A stretch of DNA of 64,000 bases from Parcubacteria group bacterium (GCA_041649615.1 JBAZMT010000002.1:10017-74016); one strand, 5' to 3'; shown: positions 38,351 to 49,445, numbered from the stretch's first letter. The notes: a model not told the origin generated them from the letters alone. Numbers and translations: made by a program.

Positions 38351-38440
38351 TGGCGGAGAGGCAGGGATTCGAACCCTGGAAGCCCTTGCGAGCTTAACAC
38401 GTTAGCACCGTGTCCCATTCGACCACTCTGGCACCTCTCC
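38351..38440 (-). tRNA. tRNA-Ser(GCT)
   Basis: Reverse complement GGAGAGG...ACACG-GTGCTAA-CGTGT, long variable arm, CCTCTCCGCCA. Confidence 0.93.
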
Positions 38441-38555
38441 AAGACTCATAAAATTTACTATCAAAACGGTTCATTTACAACTCGTTCGGGACGCTGCGAT
38501 ATTGGCAAATATGTTATTATTCCAGGATAAGATTCGGGAAAGATCAAATAAATCA

Positions 38556-39341
38556 ATGAATAAAAAAATTATCGCAATATTGGCTGTCGTGATAGTCGCC
38601 GTGTTGGCCGGGGCTGTCATTTGGTCCCGGTATCAAAAAAGCGGTCAGTCCATCACGGAAAAGGCCGTGGAAGAAAAGACGGACTTTTACGAAATAACGG
38701 CCAAATACCCGATCGATCCGTGGGATAAGGACGGCGCCATCAAGGAATTCGTGAATTACCAAGTCGATCAAAGAAAAGAGGATTGGAAAGTCGGGGGCGA
38801 TATATATAACACGGAAAAAGACGTGGAGGCGCGGTTTCCGGACAGGCCGAAAATGGTGTATACGATGGACATTACCTATACGAAATACGATTCTCCGAAA
38901 TTCGGGACGAGATCTTACGTCTTTATCATCGGCGAATATACCGGGGGAGCGAATGCTAACGCGAGAGTGCAATCTTTTAGCTTCAATAAGGACGGACGAA
39001 TTCAAATAGGGGACATCTTGAACCTGGCGGACGATCATAACGATATCGAACTCACGAAGATATTATTCGACAAGGCCATGACCGACCCCGAACGGTTTCC
39101 CAGCGCCGACATAACAAGGGAAGGAACGGGTCTCGCTTATCTCAAGGACGATGGTATAACTTTCGATCAGAGCAAATGTCATTGCGACGGATTTCTTTTT
39201 TCGTCCAACTTTCAGAATTTCGTCATCAAGGACGAAGGAATTGATTTCTTCTTCGGTAAATATCAGGCGACCATAGGCGCGTCGGGAGTGGTCGATGTCA
39301 TGTTGGACTGGGACGCTCTGGCGCCGTATTTAGAAATATAA
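38556..39341 (+). CDS. Membrane-anchored RsiV/DUF3298-like protein
   Basis: N-terminal TM, EYTGGANA, NFVIKDEGIDFFFGKYQ. Confidence 0.7.
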   Translation: MNKKIIAILAVVIVAVLAGAVIWSRYQKSGQSITEKAVEEKTDFYEITAKYPIDPWDKDGAIKEFVNYQVDQRKEDWKVGGDIYNTEKDVEARFPDRPKMVYTMDITYTKYDSPKFGTRSYVFIIGEYTGGANANARVQSFSFNKDGRIQIGDILNLADDHNDIELTKILFDKAMTDPERFPSADITREGTGLAYLKDDGITFDQSKCHCDGFLFSSNFQNFVIKDEGIDFFFGKYQATIGASGVVDVMLDWDALAPYLEI

Positions 39342-39398
39342 TTTTACGAACGGATTTTCTTGTTATTTATCCGCTTTTTTGGTACTTTGACAAAGCTA

Positions 39399-40820
39399 AT
39401 GGCGGAAGAAGAAGCAAAAAAGGAGAAAAGACCACCGATAGTGGTGGTTATGGGACACGTTGATCACGGAAAGACGAGTCTTTTGGACTACATTAGAAAA
39501 ACCCGCGTTGCCGGAAAAGAAGCGGGCGGAATCACGCAATCTATCGGAGCTTACGAGATTGAACACGAAAGCAATAAAATAACATTCATAGATACGCCGG
39601 GACATGAAGCTTTCAAGGCGATGAGAACGCGCGGAGCGACCGTGGCGGATATCGCCGTTTTAGTTGTCGCGGCGGATGAAGGACCAAAACCACAGACGGA
39701 AGAATCAATAAAAATTTTAACGGAATCGCAAACACCTTATGTCGTGGCTATCACGAAAATAGATTCGCCGCGGGCAGACACGGAAAAAGTTAAAAACGAG
39801 CTTGCGAGCAAAGGCGTCTATTTGGAAGGGTACGGCGGAAACGTAAGCTGGCAGGGAGTTTCGTCCAAAACAGGGGAGGGAGTATCGGAGCTTTTGGATC
39901 TGATTCTTCTTCTTGCGGACGTGTCGGAACTCGCATATGACCCCGAAGCGCGCGCTTCGGGATTTGTGATTGAATCCAAAAAAGACAGCCGGAGAGGAAT
40001 CGTGGCTTCGCTTATATTAAAAGACGGGACTTTGAGGCTGGGACAGAATATTGTGACTTCCACGACGCTCGGGAAAATAAAAATTTTAGAGGATTTTACG
40101 GGGAAGGGAGTAAAAGAATTGCATCCTTCCGCTCCGGCGCTTGTCGTCGGATTTGAAGACATTCCTTTGGCGGGTGAAGAATTTGAGGCGGGAGAAGTAA
40201 CGCTTACTCTTTTGGAAGCAAAACAACGAGAAAAAAAGACAGAAGAAAAAGAAGGCACTATCGCCGCAGTGCTCAAAGCGGACGTCAGCGGATCGCTTGA
40301 AGTCTTAAAAGACGTGATGGCGGGAAAAATAAAGATAGTGGGTTCTTCGGCCGGAGACATAACGGATGGAGACGTTAAATCAGCCGTTGCCGCAAACGCC
40401 TTGATTATCGCGTTTCGCACAAAATTCAACAGTAAGTCGGTAGAAATGTTTGCGAGAAACAATAACGTAAAAGTATTTTCATCGGACATAATTTATGAAC
40501 TTGTTAAATCGGTTGACGAGTACATTGAGGAAACGTCCGAACCGGAAATTGCGGGAAGAATGGAAGTACTCGCCATATTCGGTAAAAAAGACGACAACCA
40601 AATAATAGGGGGAAAAGTCGTTGAGGGAGCGATCAGAACAGGGAGAAAGGTGGAAATAAAAAGAAGGGGAATGCTCGTAGGTGACGGAAAAATCGTCAAT
40701 CTTCAATCGGGGAAGAAAGACGCAAAGGAAGTGGAAGCGCCGAACGAATGCGGAATCTTGATTGATACGGTCGCTTCCATAAAAGTAGGAGATGAGCTTT
40801 CGCAAGCAGCAATTAAATAG
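39399..40820 (+). CDS. infB: Translation initiation factor IF-2 (short form)
   Basis: [28 protein letters not shown]. Confidence 0.97.
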   Translation: MAEEEAKKEKRPPIVVVMGHVDHGKTSLLDYIRKTRVAGKEAGGITQSIGAYEIEHESNKITFIDTPGHEAFKAMRTRGATVADIAVLVVAADEGPKPQTEESIKILTESQTPYVVAITKIDSPRADTEKVKNELASKGVYLEGYGGNVSWQGVSSKTGEGVSELLDLILLLADVSELAYDPEARASGFVIESKKDSRRGIVASLILKDGTLRLGQNIVTSTTLGKIKILEDFTGKGVKELHPSAPALVVGFEDIPLAGEEFEAGEVTLTLLEAKQREKKTEEKEGTIAAVLKADVSGSLEVLKDVMAGKIKIVGSSAGDITDGDVKSAVAANALIIAFRTKFNSKSVEMFARNNNVKVFSSDIIYELVKSVDEYIEETSEPEIAGRMEVLAIFGKKDDNQIIGGKVVEGAIRTGRKVEIKRRGMLVGDGKIVNLQSGKKDAKEVEAPNECGILIDTVASIKVGDELSQAAIK

Positions 40821-41124
40821 TCTCATAAGAAACGAAGTCGCGAAGGCAATTCAGAGAGAAGTGGAATTCCCCGCGGGCGCGCTTGTCTCCGTTACGGAAG
40901 TAAGAGTTTCGGACGATCTGGCTCACGCGGACGTAATGATTTCCGTTCTTCCTTCAGCGAAAAAAGACGCGGCCTTAAAGGCGCTAAACGCCAAACAATC
41001 GGAAATTCAAACGATTCTTTTCAAAAAAATAAAAATAATGTCCTTGCCGAAAGTCCGTTTTAATTACGATCCGGGACCGGAAAAAGCGGCGGATATTGAA
41101 AGAATTTCACTTGGTGGAAAATAG
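40792..41124 (+). CDS. rbfA: Ribosome-binding factor A
   Basis: VSVTEVRVSDDLAHA, LPKVRFNYD; follows infB. Confidence 0.9.
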   Translation: MSFRKQQLNSLIRNEVAKAIQREVEFPAGALVSVTEVRVSDDLAHADVMISVLPSAKKDAALKALNAKQSEIQTILFKKIKIMSLPKVRFNYDPGPEKAADIERISLGGK

Positions 41125-41157
41125 GCGTAACGGTTGCTAGAATCAGAGACGTTGCTT

Positions 41158-41229
41158 GGCCTGGTAGTCAAGTGGTAAGACGGAGCTCTGCAAAAGCTCT
41201 ATACGCGAGTTCGATTCTCGCCCAGGCCT
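41158..41229 (+). tRNA. tRNA-Cys(GCA)
   Basis: GGCCTGG...CCAGGCCT, GAGCT-CTGCAAA-AGCTC. Confidence 0.94.
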
Positions 41230-41295
41230 CTGAAATAACGGAATAGGCTGAATATATATTTCTTATTAGTGTTCCCTATTTGATATACTTATTAG

Positions 41296-41769
41296 GTGAG
41301 AACGAGATCTTGGACGGAAGAAAATTTGTTAGCAGCTATCCAGACTTCTTATAGTTTGAGACAAGTTATTAAAAAGTTAGGACTAAAAGCTGCAGGAGGT
41401 AATTATTGTCAGATAAAAGATTTTATAAGTAATAGAGGTTTTGATATAAGCCATTTTCGTGGAAAAGGGTGGAGTGCTGGGTTACGAGGAATAGGTAGGC
41501 CTCGCATCTCGTTAGAGGATATCCTGATCAAGGATAGTAGTTTTCAAAGTTTCAAACTTAAAAAAAGATTATTTGCCTCTGGTTTAAAACCAGAATACTG
41601 TGAAGAGTGTGGCTGGAATAAAAGGACAAAAGAAGGTTATTTACCGCTTGAACTAGACCATATTAACGGGGATCATAGGGATAATAGAATAGAAAATCTC
41701 CGTGTGTTATGTCCGAATTGTCATAGTTTAAAACCTACCCACAGAGGTAGAAAATTAAAAGGAATATAA
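41296..41769 (+). CDS. HNH endonuclease
   Basis: CEECG, LELDHINGDHRDNRIENLRVLCPNCHS; AT-rich; between two tRNAs. Confidence 0.9.
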   Translation: MRTRSWTEENLLAAIQTSYSLRQVIKKLGLKAAGGNYCQIKDFISNRGFDISHFRGKGWSAGLRGIGRPRISLEDILIKDSSFQSFKLKKRLFASGLKPEYCEECGWNKRTKEGYLPLELDHINGDHRDNRIENLRVLCPNCHSLKPTHRGRKLKGI

Positions 41770-41775
41770 AGGTAT

Positions 41776-41858
41776 GCCCGGGTGTTGGAATGGTAGACAA
41801 GCGACACTTAAAATGTCGTGGAGGCAACTCCGTGTGGGTTCGATCCCCACTCCGGGCA
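41776..41858 (+). tRNA. tRNA-Leu(TAA), intron-less
   Basis: GCCCGGG...TCCGGGCA, CGACA-CTTAAAA-TGTCG, long variable arm. Confidence 0.94.
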
Positions 41859-41863
41859 CTAAA

Positions 41864-42610
41864 ATGAAAGAAGAACATATTATCGTAGACGATCTGGACG
41901 TTTCTTACCTTGACCGCGGAGAGGGCGAAATCTTCTTGTTTCTTCACGGATGGGGAATGAACGCTTTTTCGTTCAACGATTTAATGGAACGATTCGGTGA
42001 TAAGAGATGCGTGGCGCTATCTCTTCCCGGATTTGGAGGAAGCGAGAAGCCGAAAACGGCGTGGAGCGTTGCCGATTACGCTAAATTCGTTCGCAAATTT
42101 CTTGAGAGACTTGAAATAAACGGAATTAAAGCGATAATCGCGCATTCGTTCGGAGGAAGAGTGGCTATAAAAGGAGTAGCCTCGGGAATTTTAGACCCGA
42201 AAAAATTGATTCTTATCGCTTCGGCGGGGGCGGCGAAAAAGTCGCTTAAGATGCGAATACTCGGGATGATCGCGAAAATCGCTAAAATATTTTTTGCCAT
42301 TTGGCCCTTGTCGCTTTTGAAAAATCGTTTGAAGCAGGTCGTGGGAAGCAGAGATTATTTAAGCGCGGGAGAAATGAGGGGTACGTTTATAAAAGCGATC
42401 AATGAAAGTTTGCTCCCGGATGCCAAAAAAATATCCATTCCAACGCTTTTAATGTGGGGAGATAGAGATACGGAGACTCCTCTTAACGAAGCTTATAGGT
42501 TTACGAGCGTGATTAAAAACGCGAAACTTGAAATTTTTTCGGGAGCGGGACATTTTGTTTTTAAAGAAAGATTAAACGAAGTCGCGGAGGCGATAAACAA
42601 ATTTCTATGA
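41864..42610 (+). CDS. Alpha/beta hydrolase
   Basis: FLHGWG, LPGFG, AHSFGG, WGDRDTETP, GAGHF; the upstream ORF extension is the tRNA. Confidence 0.92.
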   Translation: MKEEHIIVDDLDVSYLDRGEGEIFLFLHGWGMNAFSFNDLMERFGDKRCVALSLPGFGGSEKPKTAWSVADYAKFVRKFLERLEINGIKAIIAHSFGGRVAIKGVASGILDPKKLILIASAGAAKKSLKMRILGMIAKIAKIFFAIWPLSLLKNRLKQVVGSRDYLSAGEMRGTFIKAINESLLPDAKKISIPTLLMWGDRDTETPLNEAYRFTSVIKNAKLEIFSGAGHFVFKERLNEVAEAINKFL

Positions 42611-44028
42611 TCAAGCGTTTTTTATCGCGATTCAATTTGCGTTACGTTCATTCGCTCGTTTATATGCTTCAGGCGACCGAGTATAAAGTCGGCGATTATT
42701 TCTCGTGGCTCAAAAGAGTTGATGATTTTCGGTTTGTTGAAAAAAGAAAAAAGCTCGTAAAGACGTTGAAAGCGAAAACACTCCTTGTAATGGGGTGGTT
42801 AATTTGGATTGTGGCTATTTTATTCAGCGTTTTTTATTCGTCAATTTTCGGATACGTTTCCACGATATTTTTAATCATTCTATCTCCGTACGTTCTCGCT
42901 TACGCACTCGGGATAATCGTTCTCTTGGGGCAATTCGTTCAAATCCCGGTTGAAAACGTGATTATTAGCCAAGCGCGGAAAGTATTAATTCGCCATAAAG
43001 CGACTCGGATCGCCATTGCGGGAAGTTTTGGCAAAACCACAATGCGCGAAATTATGAATATTGTTTTGTCGGAGGGTAAAAAAGTAGCCGCTCCGCCTCA
43101 CAGTTACAACACGCCTTTAAGCATCGCTAAGTTTGTAAAAGAGCTAAAGGGAGACGAGGAGATATTAATTTTTGAGTTTGGCGAATACTATCCTGGGGAT
43201 ATACGGAGATTGTGCGAATTCGTGAAACCCGATATGGGTGTCATCACGGGAATTAACGAGGCCCATCTTGCGAAATTTGAAACATTGGATAAAACGGCAA
43301 AGACGATCTTTGAACTTGCCGATTTTTTGGGGGATAAACCCGTGTATGTAAACGGCGAGAGTGAAAATGCGCGAGCGCACGCACGAAAGAATCATATAAT
43401 TTACGATCGCAACGGCGTTTCCGATATGCAAGTCAAAAAAGCCGAAACCGACTTGTCAGGAACGTCTTTTACGCTTGCGATTAATGAAAAAGAATGGAAC
43501 TTCAAATCATCTCTTCTCGGCCTTCATCAAATCGGACCGCTTACGGCCGCGATCGCCATTGCCAGGGGAAATGGACTGTCACTCGGGCAAATTCAATCGG
43601 GAATCGCAAAAACCAAACCGTTTGAACATCGCTTGGAACCGATTTATGGCGAAGACGGCGTTACGATTCTTGATGACAGCTATAACGGAAATCCGGACGG
43701 AGTAAAAGCGGTTATTGAATTTCTATCGTCTTTAAAAACCGGAGGCAGACGAATTTATGTGACTCCGGGACTTGTGGAAATGGGCGCTCGAACGAAAGAA
43801 GTTCACCGCGAGATCGGACGAGAACTCGCCAAGGCCCGCATTGAAAAAGTCGTGCTTATCAAAAATTCCGTAACGTCCTATATTGAAGAAGGATTAAAGG
43901 AAAGCCAGTATGAAGGAGAAGTAATTTGGTTTTCCGACGCTTTAAGCGCTTTTGCGGCTTTACCTCAAATGACCGCGAAGGGGGATATAGTTTTGCTTCA
44001 AAACGATTGGCCCGACCAATATGCCTAA
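42607..44028 (+). CDS. murF: UDP-N-acetylmuramoyl-tripeptide--D-Ala-D-Ala ligase with N-terminal TM segments
   Basis: AGSFGKTT, SYNT, LDDSYNGNP, GLVEMG. Confidence 0.88.
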   Translation: MIKRFLSRFNLRYVHSLVYMLQATEYKVGDYFSWLKRVDDFRFVEKRKKLVKTLKAKTLLVMGWLIWIVAILFSVFYSSIFGYVSTIFLIILSPYVLAYALGIIVLLGQFVQIPVENVIISQARKVLIRHKATRIAIAGSFGKTTMREIMNIVLSEGKKVAAPPHSYNTPLSIAKFVKELKGDEEILIFEFGEYYPGDIRRLCEFVKPDMGVITGINEAHLAKFETLDKTAKTIFELADFLGDKPVYVNGESENARAHARKNHIIYDRNGVSDMQVKKAETDLSGTSFTLAINEKEWNFKSSLLGLHQIGPLTAAIAIARGNGLSLGQIQSGIAKTKPFEHRLEPIYGEDGVTILDDSYNGNPDGVKAVIEFLSSLKTGGRRIYVTPGLVEMGARTKEVHREIGRELAKARIEKVVLIKNSVTSYIEEGLKESQYEGEVIWFSDALSAFAALPQMTAKGDIVLLQNDWPDQYA

Positions 44029-45190
44029 TAAAAAAACAATTGCCGTAATATTCGGGGGAAAAAGCGCCGAGCATGACGTTTCTATCATCACGGCGCATAT
44101 TCCGATAATCAACGCACTCAAGGTAGCGGATAAATACAATGTCTTGCCGGTTTATATCGCAAAGGACGGAAGGTGGTATTCGGAATCTTCAATGAACGAT
44201 TTGGATTATTTCAAGAGAGCGGATTACGAGGATAGACTGACCGGAGATAAACTGGTGGATATATCTCTTAACGGCGGATTCAAAATAATTCATCGGGGAT
44301 TGTTTTCTAAATCGATACCAATCGATATAGTGTTTACCGCCATGCATGGCACTTTCGGCGAAGACGGAAGTCTAATGGGAATGCTTCGGATGGCAAACGT
44401 TCCGTTTGTGGGATGCGATATGTCCGCTTCGGCAGTGGCTATGGATAAAATATTTACAAAACAGATTATTGCCGCGGAAGGCATCCCTGTAGTTCCCTTT
44501 GTCTGGTTTACAAGATATGACTGGGAGAAAATGCCGGATGAATGTTTAAGTGAAGCGAAAAAGTTGAACTGGCCGTTATTCGTGAAGCCTCCCCATCTTG
44601 GGTCATCGATTGGTATGGCAAAAGTGAGAGACGAGAAAGGGCTAAGAGACGCTATTGAGGTAGCGCTCCATTATGACAGTAAAGTTTTAATTGAGGAGAG
44701 CGTAGAGAACTTAATAGAGGTAACTCTGCCGATTATCGGGGATGACGAGCCACAATTAGGAGCTATCGAGCGGCCGCTCAATAAGTCGGATTTTTTTGAT
44801 TTTGAAGAAAAGTATCTGTCTCAAGGAAAAAAGACGGGACTGTCGCAAGGTTCTTACAGCGAAATTCCCGCCAAAATTGCGCCAGACCTTGCACGTGAAG
44901 TGGAAACATTGGGTAAGAAAACTTATCGAGCGCTCGGATGCTCCGGCATGGCGCGTATAGATTTCTTAATCAATGAAAAAAGTAACAACGTTTTCGTAAA
45001 TGAGGTTAATCCTCTGCCAGGAAGTCTTTATCATCACAACTTTAAAACCATAGGAATATCGGATATTGATTTGGTAAATAGACTTATCGCTTTTGCCGAA
45101 GAAAGGTTCACGGAAGAGCGAAAACTGACCCGAACGTTCAAGTCCGAGATCCTGAATAAAATAAGGGGAGGCAAGAAAGGAGAGAACTAA
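44021..45190 (+). CDS. ddl: D-alanine--D-alanine ligase
   Basis: FGGKSAEHDVS, HGTFGEDG, GSSIG, NEVNPLPG. Confidence 0.95.
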   Translation: MPNKKTIAVIFGGKSAEHDVSIITAHIPIINALKVADKYNVLPVYIAKDGRWYSESSMNDLDYFKRADYEDRLTGDKLVDISLNGGFKIIHRGLFSKSIPIDIVFTAMHGTFGEDGSLMGMLRMANVPFVGCDMSASAVAMDKIFTKQIIAAEGIPVVPFVWFTRYDWEKMPDECLSEAKKLNWPLFVKPPHLGSSIGMAKVRDEKGLRDAIEVALHYDSKVLIEESVENLIEVTLPIIGDDEPQLGAIERPLNKSDFFDFEEKYLSQGKKTGLSQGSYSEIPAKIAPDLAREVETLGKKTYRALGCSGMARIDFLINEKSNNVFVNEVNPLPGSLYHHNFKTIGISDIDLVNRLIAFAEERFTEERKLTRTFKSEILNKIRGGKKGEN

Positions 45191-45567
45191 TCTCCGCGGA
45201 CTTTTAATTTTCTTGCTCTGTCTTTTATGATTTTCGGAAGACGGACGCGCAGAATGCCGTTTTTGAATTCCGCTTTCGCTTTATCAGGATCAACTTCCTG
45301 CGGAAGGATGACGGAACGGGAAAACTTTCCCCAATAACATTCCTGGTACAGATAATTTTCATCCGATATTTCGTTACTGCGTCTTCTTTCGCCGCGGATA
45401 GTAACCGACTCGCTCGTGATGTCAATGTCCAAGTCATCCGGTTCAACACCGGCGATGGTGGATTCAATCACTATGTCGTCTTCCGTTTGGTAAACGTCTA
45501 TGGTGAGCTGACCTTCTCCTTCGTCTCCTAAATAAGCGAGACTATTTTCCGCGATTTTTTCTCTCAT
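45187..45567 (-). CDS. Small heat shock protein, Hsp20
   Basis: IDVYQT, YQECYWGKFSRSVILP, FKNGILRVRLPK. Confidence 0.93.
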   Translation of the reverse strand: MREKIAENSLAYLGDEGEGQLTIDVYQTEDDIVIESTIAGVEPDDLDIDITSESVTIRGERRRSNEISDENYLYQECYWGKFSRSVILPQEVDPDKAKAEFKNGILRVRLPKIIKDRARKLKVRGD

Positions 45568-46222
45568 GGTAGTACGCTTTTATTTTATCAAATTGATAGA
45601 ACAATATGAAGGCAATAAATACAAGGAAGATAGTTGGATAAAATTCCGGACCGAAACCGAGAACAAGAAGGTTGAAAATCATATGCACGACGACCGCGGC
45701 GATGATTCCGAAGAAAAGTTTTCCTTTGGCCCAGAGATAACCCAAGAGTCCCGAAGAAAGAGCGTGCATAAGAGTGGCGCCGATAAAACGAAGAACGGAG
45801 AGTCCAATGAATTCCTCGGTGGATCTTGCGTTCATCAGGAAAAAGAAATTTTCCGCCACGGCAAAACCCAAAGCAGCGGTAATCATATAAACCATTCGGT
45901 CTATCGGCTCGTCAAAGAACCGGCTGTGGCTTATGAATATGAAAACGGTGATAAATTTAACGAGCTCTTCTATCAAGGCATTTGCTCCGATTGATAAAAC
46001 CGAATATTCGGTGATGCCCAGGACGGGAGCGTAAATAGAGAATAGTTTTTCAAATCCCGCGGCGGCGAGAGCCGAGATAATGCCGAAAATAAAAGTTTTA
46101 GTGATAATGCTTTTCGGTTCGGGTTGTTCTCTGTCTTCAAGTAAAAAGAAAATAAGCCAGGCGGAACTCAAGAGAAATCCTAGGAAAATAGAGGCGGGGA
46201 TAATATAGTCGGTTATTGCCAA
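45542..46222 (-). CDS. PrsW-family intramembrane protease
   Basis: IEELVK, ALGFAVAEN, MHA, HMIFN. Confidence 0.9.
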   Translation of the reverse strand: MAITDYIIPASIFLGFLLSSAWLIFFLLEDREQPEPKSIITKTFIFGIISALAAAGFEKLFSIYAPVLGITEYSVLSIGANALIEELVKFITVFIFISHSRFFDEPIDRMVYMITAALGFAVAENFFFLMNARSTEEFIGLSVLRFIGATLMHALSSGLLGYLWAKGKLFFGIIAAVVVHMIFNLLVLGFGPEFYPTIFLVFIAFILFYQFDKIKAYYHERKNRGK

Positions 46223-48351
46223 TGTTCAACCATAAGAAACTTTTCTCGGCGAACCTTTTTTGGGAGTTCTTGATAAACGGTTTCGGTAACGAAAGGCATA
46301 AACGGATGAAGCATTTTAAGCGAGCCCAAGAGTATCGTAACGAGCGTTTCCCTTGCCGCCGCGGCATCGCGTTCGTTATCCGATTTGAGGCGGGGCTTTG
46401 ATTCTTCAATCACAACGTCCGCGAAAGTATGCCAGAAATAATGATAAGCGGTTTCGGCCGCGTGATTAAAATCAAATTTTTCAATAAATCGGGATACTTT
46501 GTTCTTGGCTGCTTCCATATCGCGGATATTTTTGCGATCGCGAGCGGATAATTTGGGTTTTTTCTCGGGCTCCGTATAATCCATAAGAACAAAACGGGAA
46601 GCGTTCCAAATTTTGGTCGTAAAGTTTCGGTAGCCGCGGATTTTATCCTCGGAGATTATCGGATCCATTCCCGCGGTATTGCCGATAATCAAAGACATAC
46701 GAAGAGCGTCCATTCCGTAAGTCTCGGCAACTTCCAGAGGATTTATGACGTTTCCCTTTGATTTGGACATTTTCTGCCTGTCTTTGTCGCGAACGAGGCC
46801 GTGGAGATAAACGGTCTTGAAAGGAACTTTGCCGGTTCGGTAAATTCCGAACATTATCATTCGCATAACCCAAAAAGGAAGAATATCCCAACCGGTTTCC
46901 ATAACGTCTGTCGGATAGAATTTTTGGAAGTCTCCTCTCTTCGTCATAAGCGTGGCAAAAGGCCACTGTCCTGACGAAAACCAGGTATCAAAAACGTCTT
47001 CTTCGGCTTTAAAATTATTACTGTTGCATTCCGGACATTTTTCGGGAACAGGCTCGCTTATGATGACGTGGTCATTTTCGCAATACCAAACGGGGATTCT
47101 TATCCCCCAGACTATCTGGCGGGAAATATTCCAGTCGCGAAGATTCATTAGCCAGTGCATAAGCACTTTTCCGAAACGCGCGGGAATGATTTTTATTTTT
47201 CCGCTTTTAACGGCGTTAACGGCGAGATCGCGGAGAGATTTTCCTTTCGCGGGCGCATCCGTCATACGAACGAACCATTGCATCATAACGCGCGGTTCAA
47301 TAACCGAACCGCATTTATAGCAAACGGCGACTTCATGGGAATATTCTTCTTCTTTGATCAGCTTATTTCCCAGAAGTTCAAGCGATTTGTCTCTAGCTTC
47401 TTTAATTTTTAAGTCTCTAAGTTCTTTGCCCGCTTCATCGGTCAATTTACCGTAGCGATCGATAACGGAAACGGGCAAGTCGGGAATTTCTTTTTTGTGA
47501 GCGACCCAAATGTTAAAGTCGGCGGAATCGTGATAAGGCGTTATCTTCAAAGCACCCGTTCCGAAATCGGGATCAACCGATGCGTCGGAAATGACGGGAA
47601 TCGGTTTGCCAGTGATAGGGTTCAACACGTTTTTACCGACAAATTCTTTAAATCGGGATTTGGGATGAACGGCAACGGCCACGTCCGCCGGAATGGTTTC
47701 GGGACGAACGGTCGCTATTTCAACGAATCCATTACCGTCTTCCAAAGAGTATTTTACGTAGTAAAGTTTGTCGGCGCGTTCTTCGTGCTTGATTTCCAAG
47801 TCGGATAAAGTCGTCTGGTGTTTAACGCACCAATTGACCGGACGTTCGGCGCGATAAACGAGACCGTCTTTATAAAGGCTCTCAAACGTTTCATAAACGA
47901 TATCCTTAATATCCTCGTCAAGAGTGAATTTTTCTCTTGACCAATCGCAGCTGCTCCCTAGCTTCCGAAGCTGGCTCTCCATATATTGCTTGTTTTCCAG
48001 CGTGAATTTTTTGATCTCGTCGTACAGATCTTTCTTGGGAACATCCCAGAAAGAACGTCCTTCGCGCTCCAATTTTTTGTTGTAAACCACTTGAGTTTCA
48101 AAACCGGCATGGTCCGCTCCCGGGAGCCAAAGAGCTTTTCGGCCGCGCATCCGGTAATAGCGGATCATAATGTCTTCAAGCGTTACGAATAAGGCGTGCC
48201 CGATATGCAGGGATCCGTTCGCGTTCGGAGGGGGCATAATAATCGTAAAGGGCTTGCCTGACAGATTATCCGGATTGAAAAAGCCGGAATTTTCCCAGCT
48301 TTCGTAAATTTCCGCCTCGGAGCGATTATGATCGTAGCGCGTATCCATCAA
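46213..48351 (-). CDS. valS: Valyl-tRNA synthetase (lacks the C-terminal coiled coil)
   Basis: PPPNANGSLHIGHA, DWNISRQIVWG, KMSKSKGN. Confidence 0.97.
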   Translation of the reverse strand: MMDTRYDHNRSEAEIYESWENSGFFNPDNLSGKPFTIIMPPPNANGSLHIGHALFVTLEDIMIRYYRMRGRKALWLPGADHAGFETQVVYNKKLEREGRSFWDVPKKDLYDEIKKFTLENKQYMESQLRKLGSSCDWSREKFTLDEDIKDIVYETFESLYKDGLVYRAERPVNWCVKHQTTLSDLEIKHEERADKLYYVKYSLEDGNGFVEIATVRPETIPADVAVAVHPKSRFKEFVGKNVLNPITGKPIPVISDASVDPDFGTGALKITPYHDSADFNIWVAHKKEIPDLPVSVIDRYGKLTDEAGKELRDLKIKEARDKSLELLGNKLIKEEEYSHEVAVCYKCGSVIEPRVMMQWFVRMTDAPAKGKSLRDLAVNAVKSGKIKIIPARFGKVLMHWLMNLRDWNISRQIVWGIRIPVWYCENDHVIISEPVPEKCPECNSNNFKAEEDVFDTWFSSGQWPFATLMTKRGDFQKFYPTDVMETGWDILPFWVMRMIMFGIYRTGKVPFKTVYLHGLVRDKDRQKMSKSKGNVINPLEVAETYGMDALRMSLIIGNTAGMDPIISEDKIRGYRNFTTKIWNASRFVLMDYTEPEKKPKLSARDRKNIRDMEAAKNKVSRFIEKFDFNHAAETAYHYFWHTFADVVIEESKPRLKSDNERDAAAARETLVTILLGSLKMLHPFMPFVTETVYQELPKKVRREKFLMVEHWQ

Positions 48352-48374
48352 CTCTGATTTTGCTTTATTTGGCC

Positions 48375-49445
48375 TTATGTCGCAAGGTTTCCGTCCGCCG
48401 CGAGTTTTCGTTTAACGCCTTTCAAATCTTCGATGTAACTTGAAACGGCGATCATTGCGGCATTGTCGGTACTTAAGCTTTTTCCCGGCGCGAGAAAAGG
48501 AATTTTTCTTTTTTTGGCCTCGCGCGCGAATTCGCTACGCAACAATTTATTTGCGGAAACGCCTCCCGAAATGGCTATTGAACGACAAGTATGATTATCC
48601 ACCGCGCGAAAGGATTTTATAACCAGACAATCAATAATCGCTTTCTCATAACTTGCGGCGATGTCGGCCTGAAATCCGGACGCGAGATTTTTGTTTTTGC
48701 CGATAATGGAATCTTTATTTATTTCTTTCCAATTCGCTTTATTACTGCCTTTTAATTTGTAGAGAAGAGAAGTTTTAAGTCCGGCGAAACTGAAATCGTA
48801 ATTTTTCTGGCCGACCATGGGACGGGGAAAATCAAAGGCATTTGCGTTTCCCTTAAGGGCCAGACGTTCCAATTCGGGACCTCCGGGATAAGGAAGACCC
48901 AAGAGGCGCGCTCCCTTATCAAGCGCTTCGCCCGCGGCATCGTCTCTCGTTTCACCAATTTTTTTAACGGCTCCTAGATTATCAAGTTTAAAAAGAATGG
49001 TATGTCCTCCCGAAACGACGAGCGCAATCATCGGAAAGAGTTTTTTATATTTTTTGGGATTAGACAGAAGAAAACTGTATAAATGTCCCTTAATGTGATT
49101 TGCGGCAAAAACATGCCTGCCGGTTTCTTTTCCGAGCGCTCGAGCGAATTCAATGCCCGTCCAAAGAGCCGGTTCAAGACCCGGACCGGCGGTTACGGCT
49201 ATAAAATCGCTATTTTTAAATTCGGGGATGGGCGTGAAGCGTTTTATCATAAGGGGCAGCGCCCGACCGTGTTCCCGCTTTGCGATATTAGGCACTACGC
49301 CTCCGAATTGTTTGTGAATGGCAATCTGCGATAAAACGGCGCTTTTAATGATTTTAAAGCGGGGGTTTGCAAGTTTACCCTTTGCTTCTACAAGCGCCAT
49401 AGCCGTTTCATCGCAGCTCGTTTCTACTGAGAAAATAAGAGACAT
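48375..49445 (-). CDS. tsaD: tRNA N6-adenosine threonylcarbamoyltransferase
   Basis: ETSCDET, GGVVP, NHIKGH, VSGGHT, DDAAGEA, GGVSAN, DNAAMIA. Confidence 0.96.
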   Translation of the reverse strand: MSLIFSVETSCDETAMALVEAKGKLANPRFKIIKSAVLSQIAIHKQFGGVVPNIAKREHGRALPLMIKRFTPIPEFKNSDFIAVTAGPGLEPALWTGIEFARALGKETGRHVFAANHIKGHLYSFLLSNPKKYKKLFPMIALVVSGGHTILFKLDNLGAVKKIGETRDDAAGEALDKGARLLGLPYPGGPELERLALKGNANAFDFPRPMVGQKNYDFSFAGLKTSLLYKLKGSNKANWKEINKDSIIGKNKNLASGFQADIAASYEKAIIDCLVIKSFRAVDNHTCRSIAISGGVSANKLLRSEFAREAKKRKIPFLAPGKSLSTDNAAMIAVSSYIEDLKGVKRKLAADGNLAT

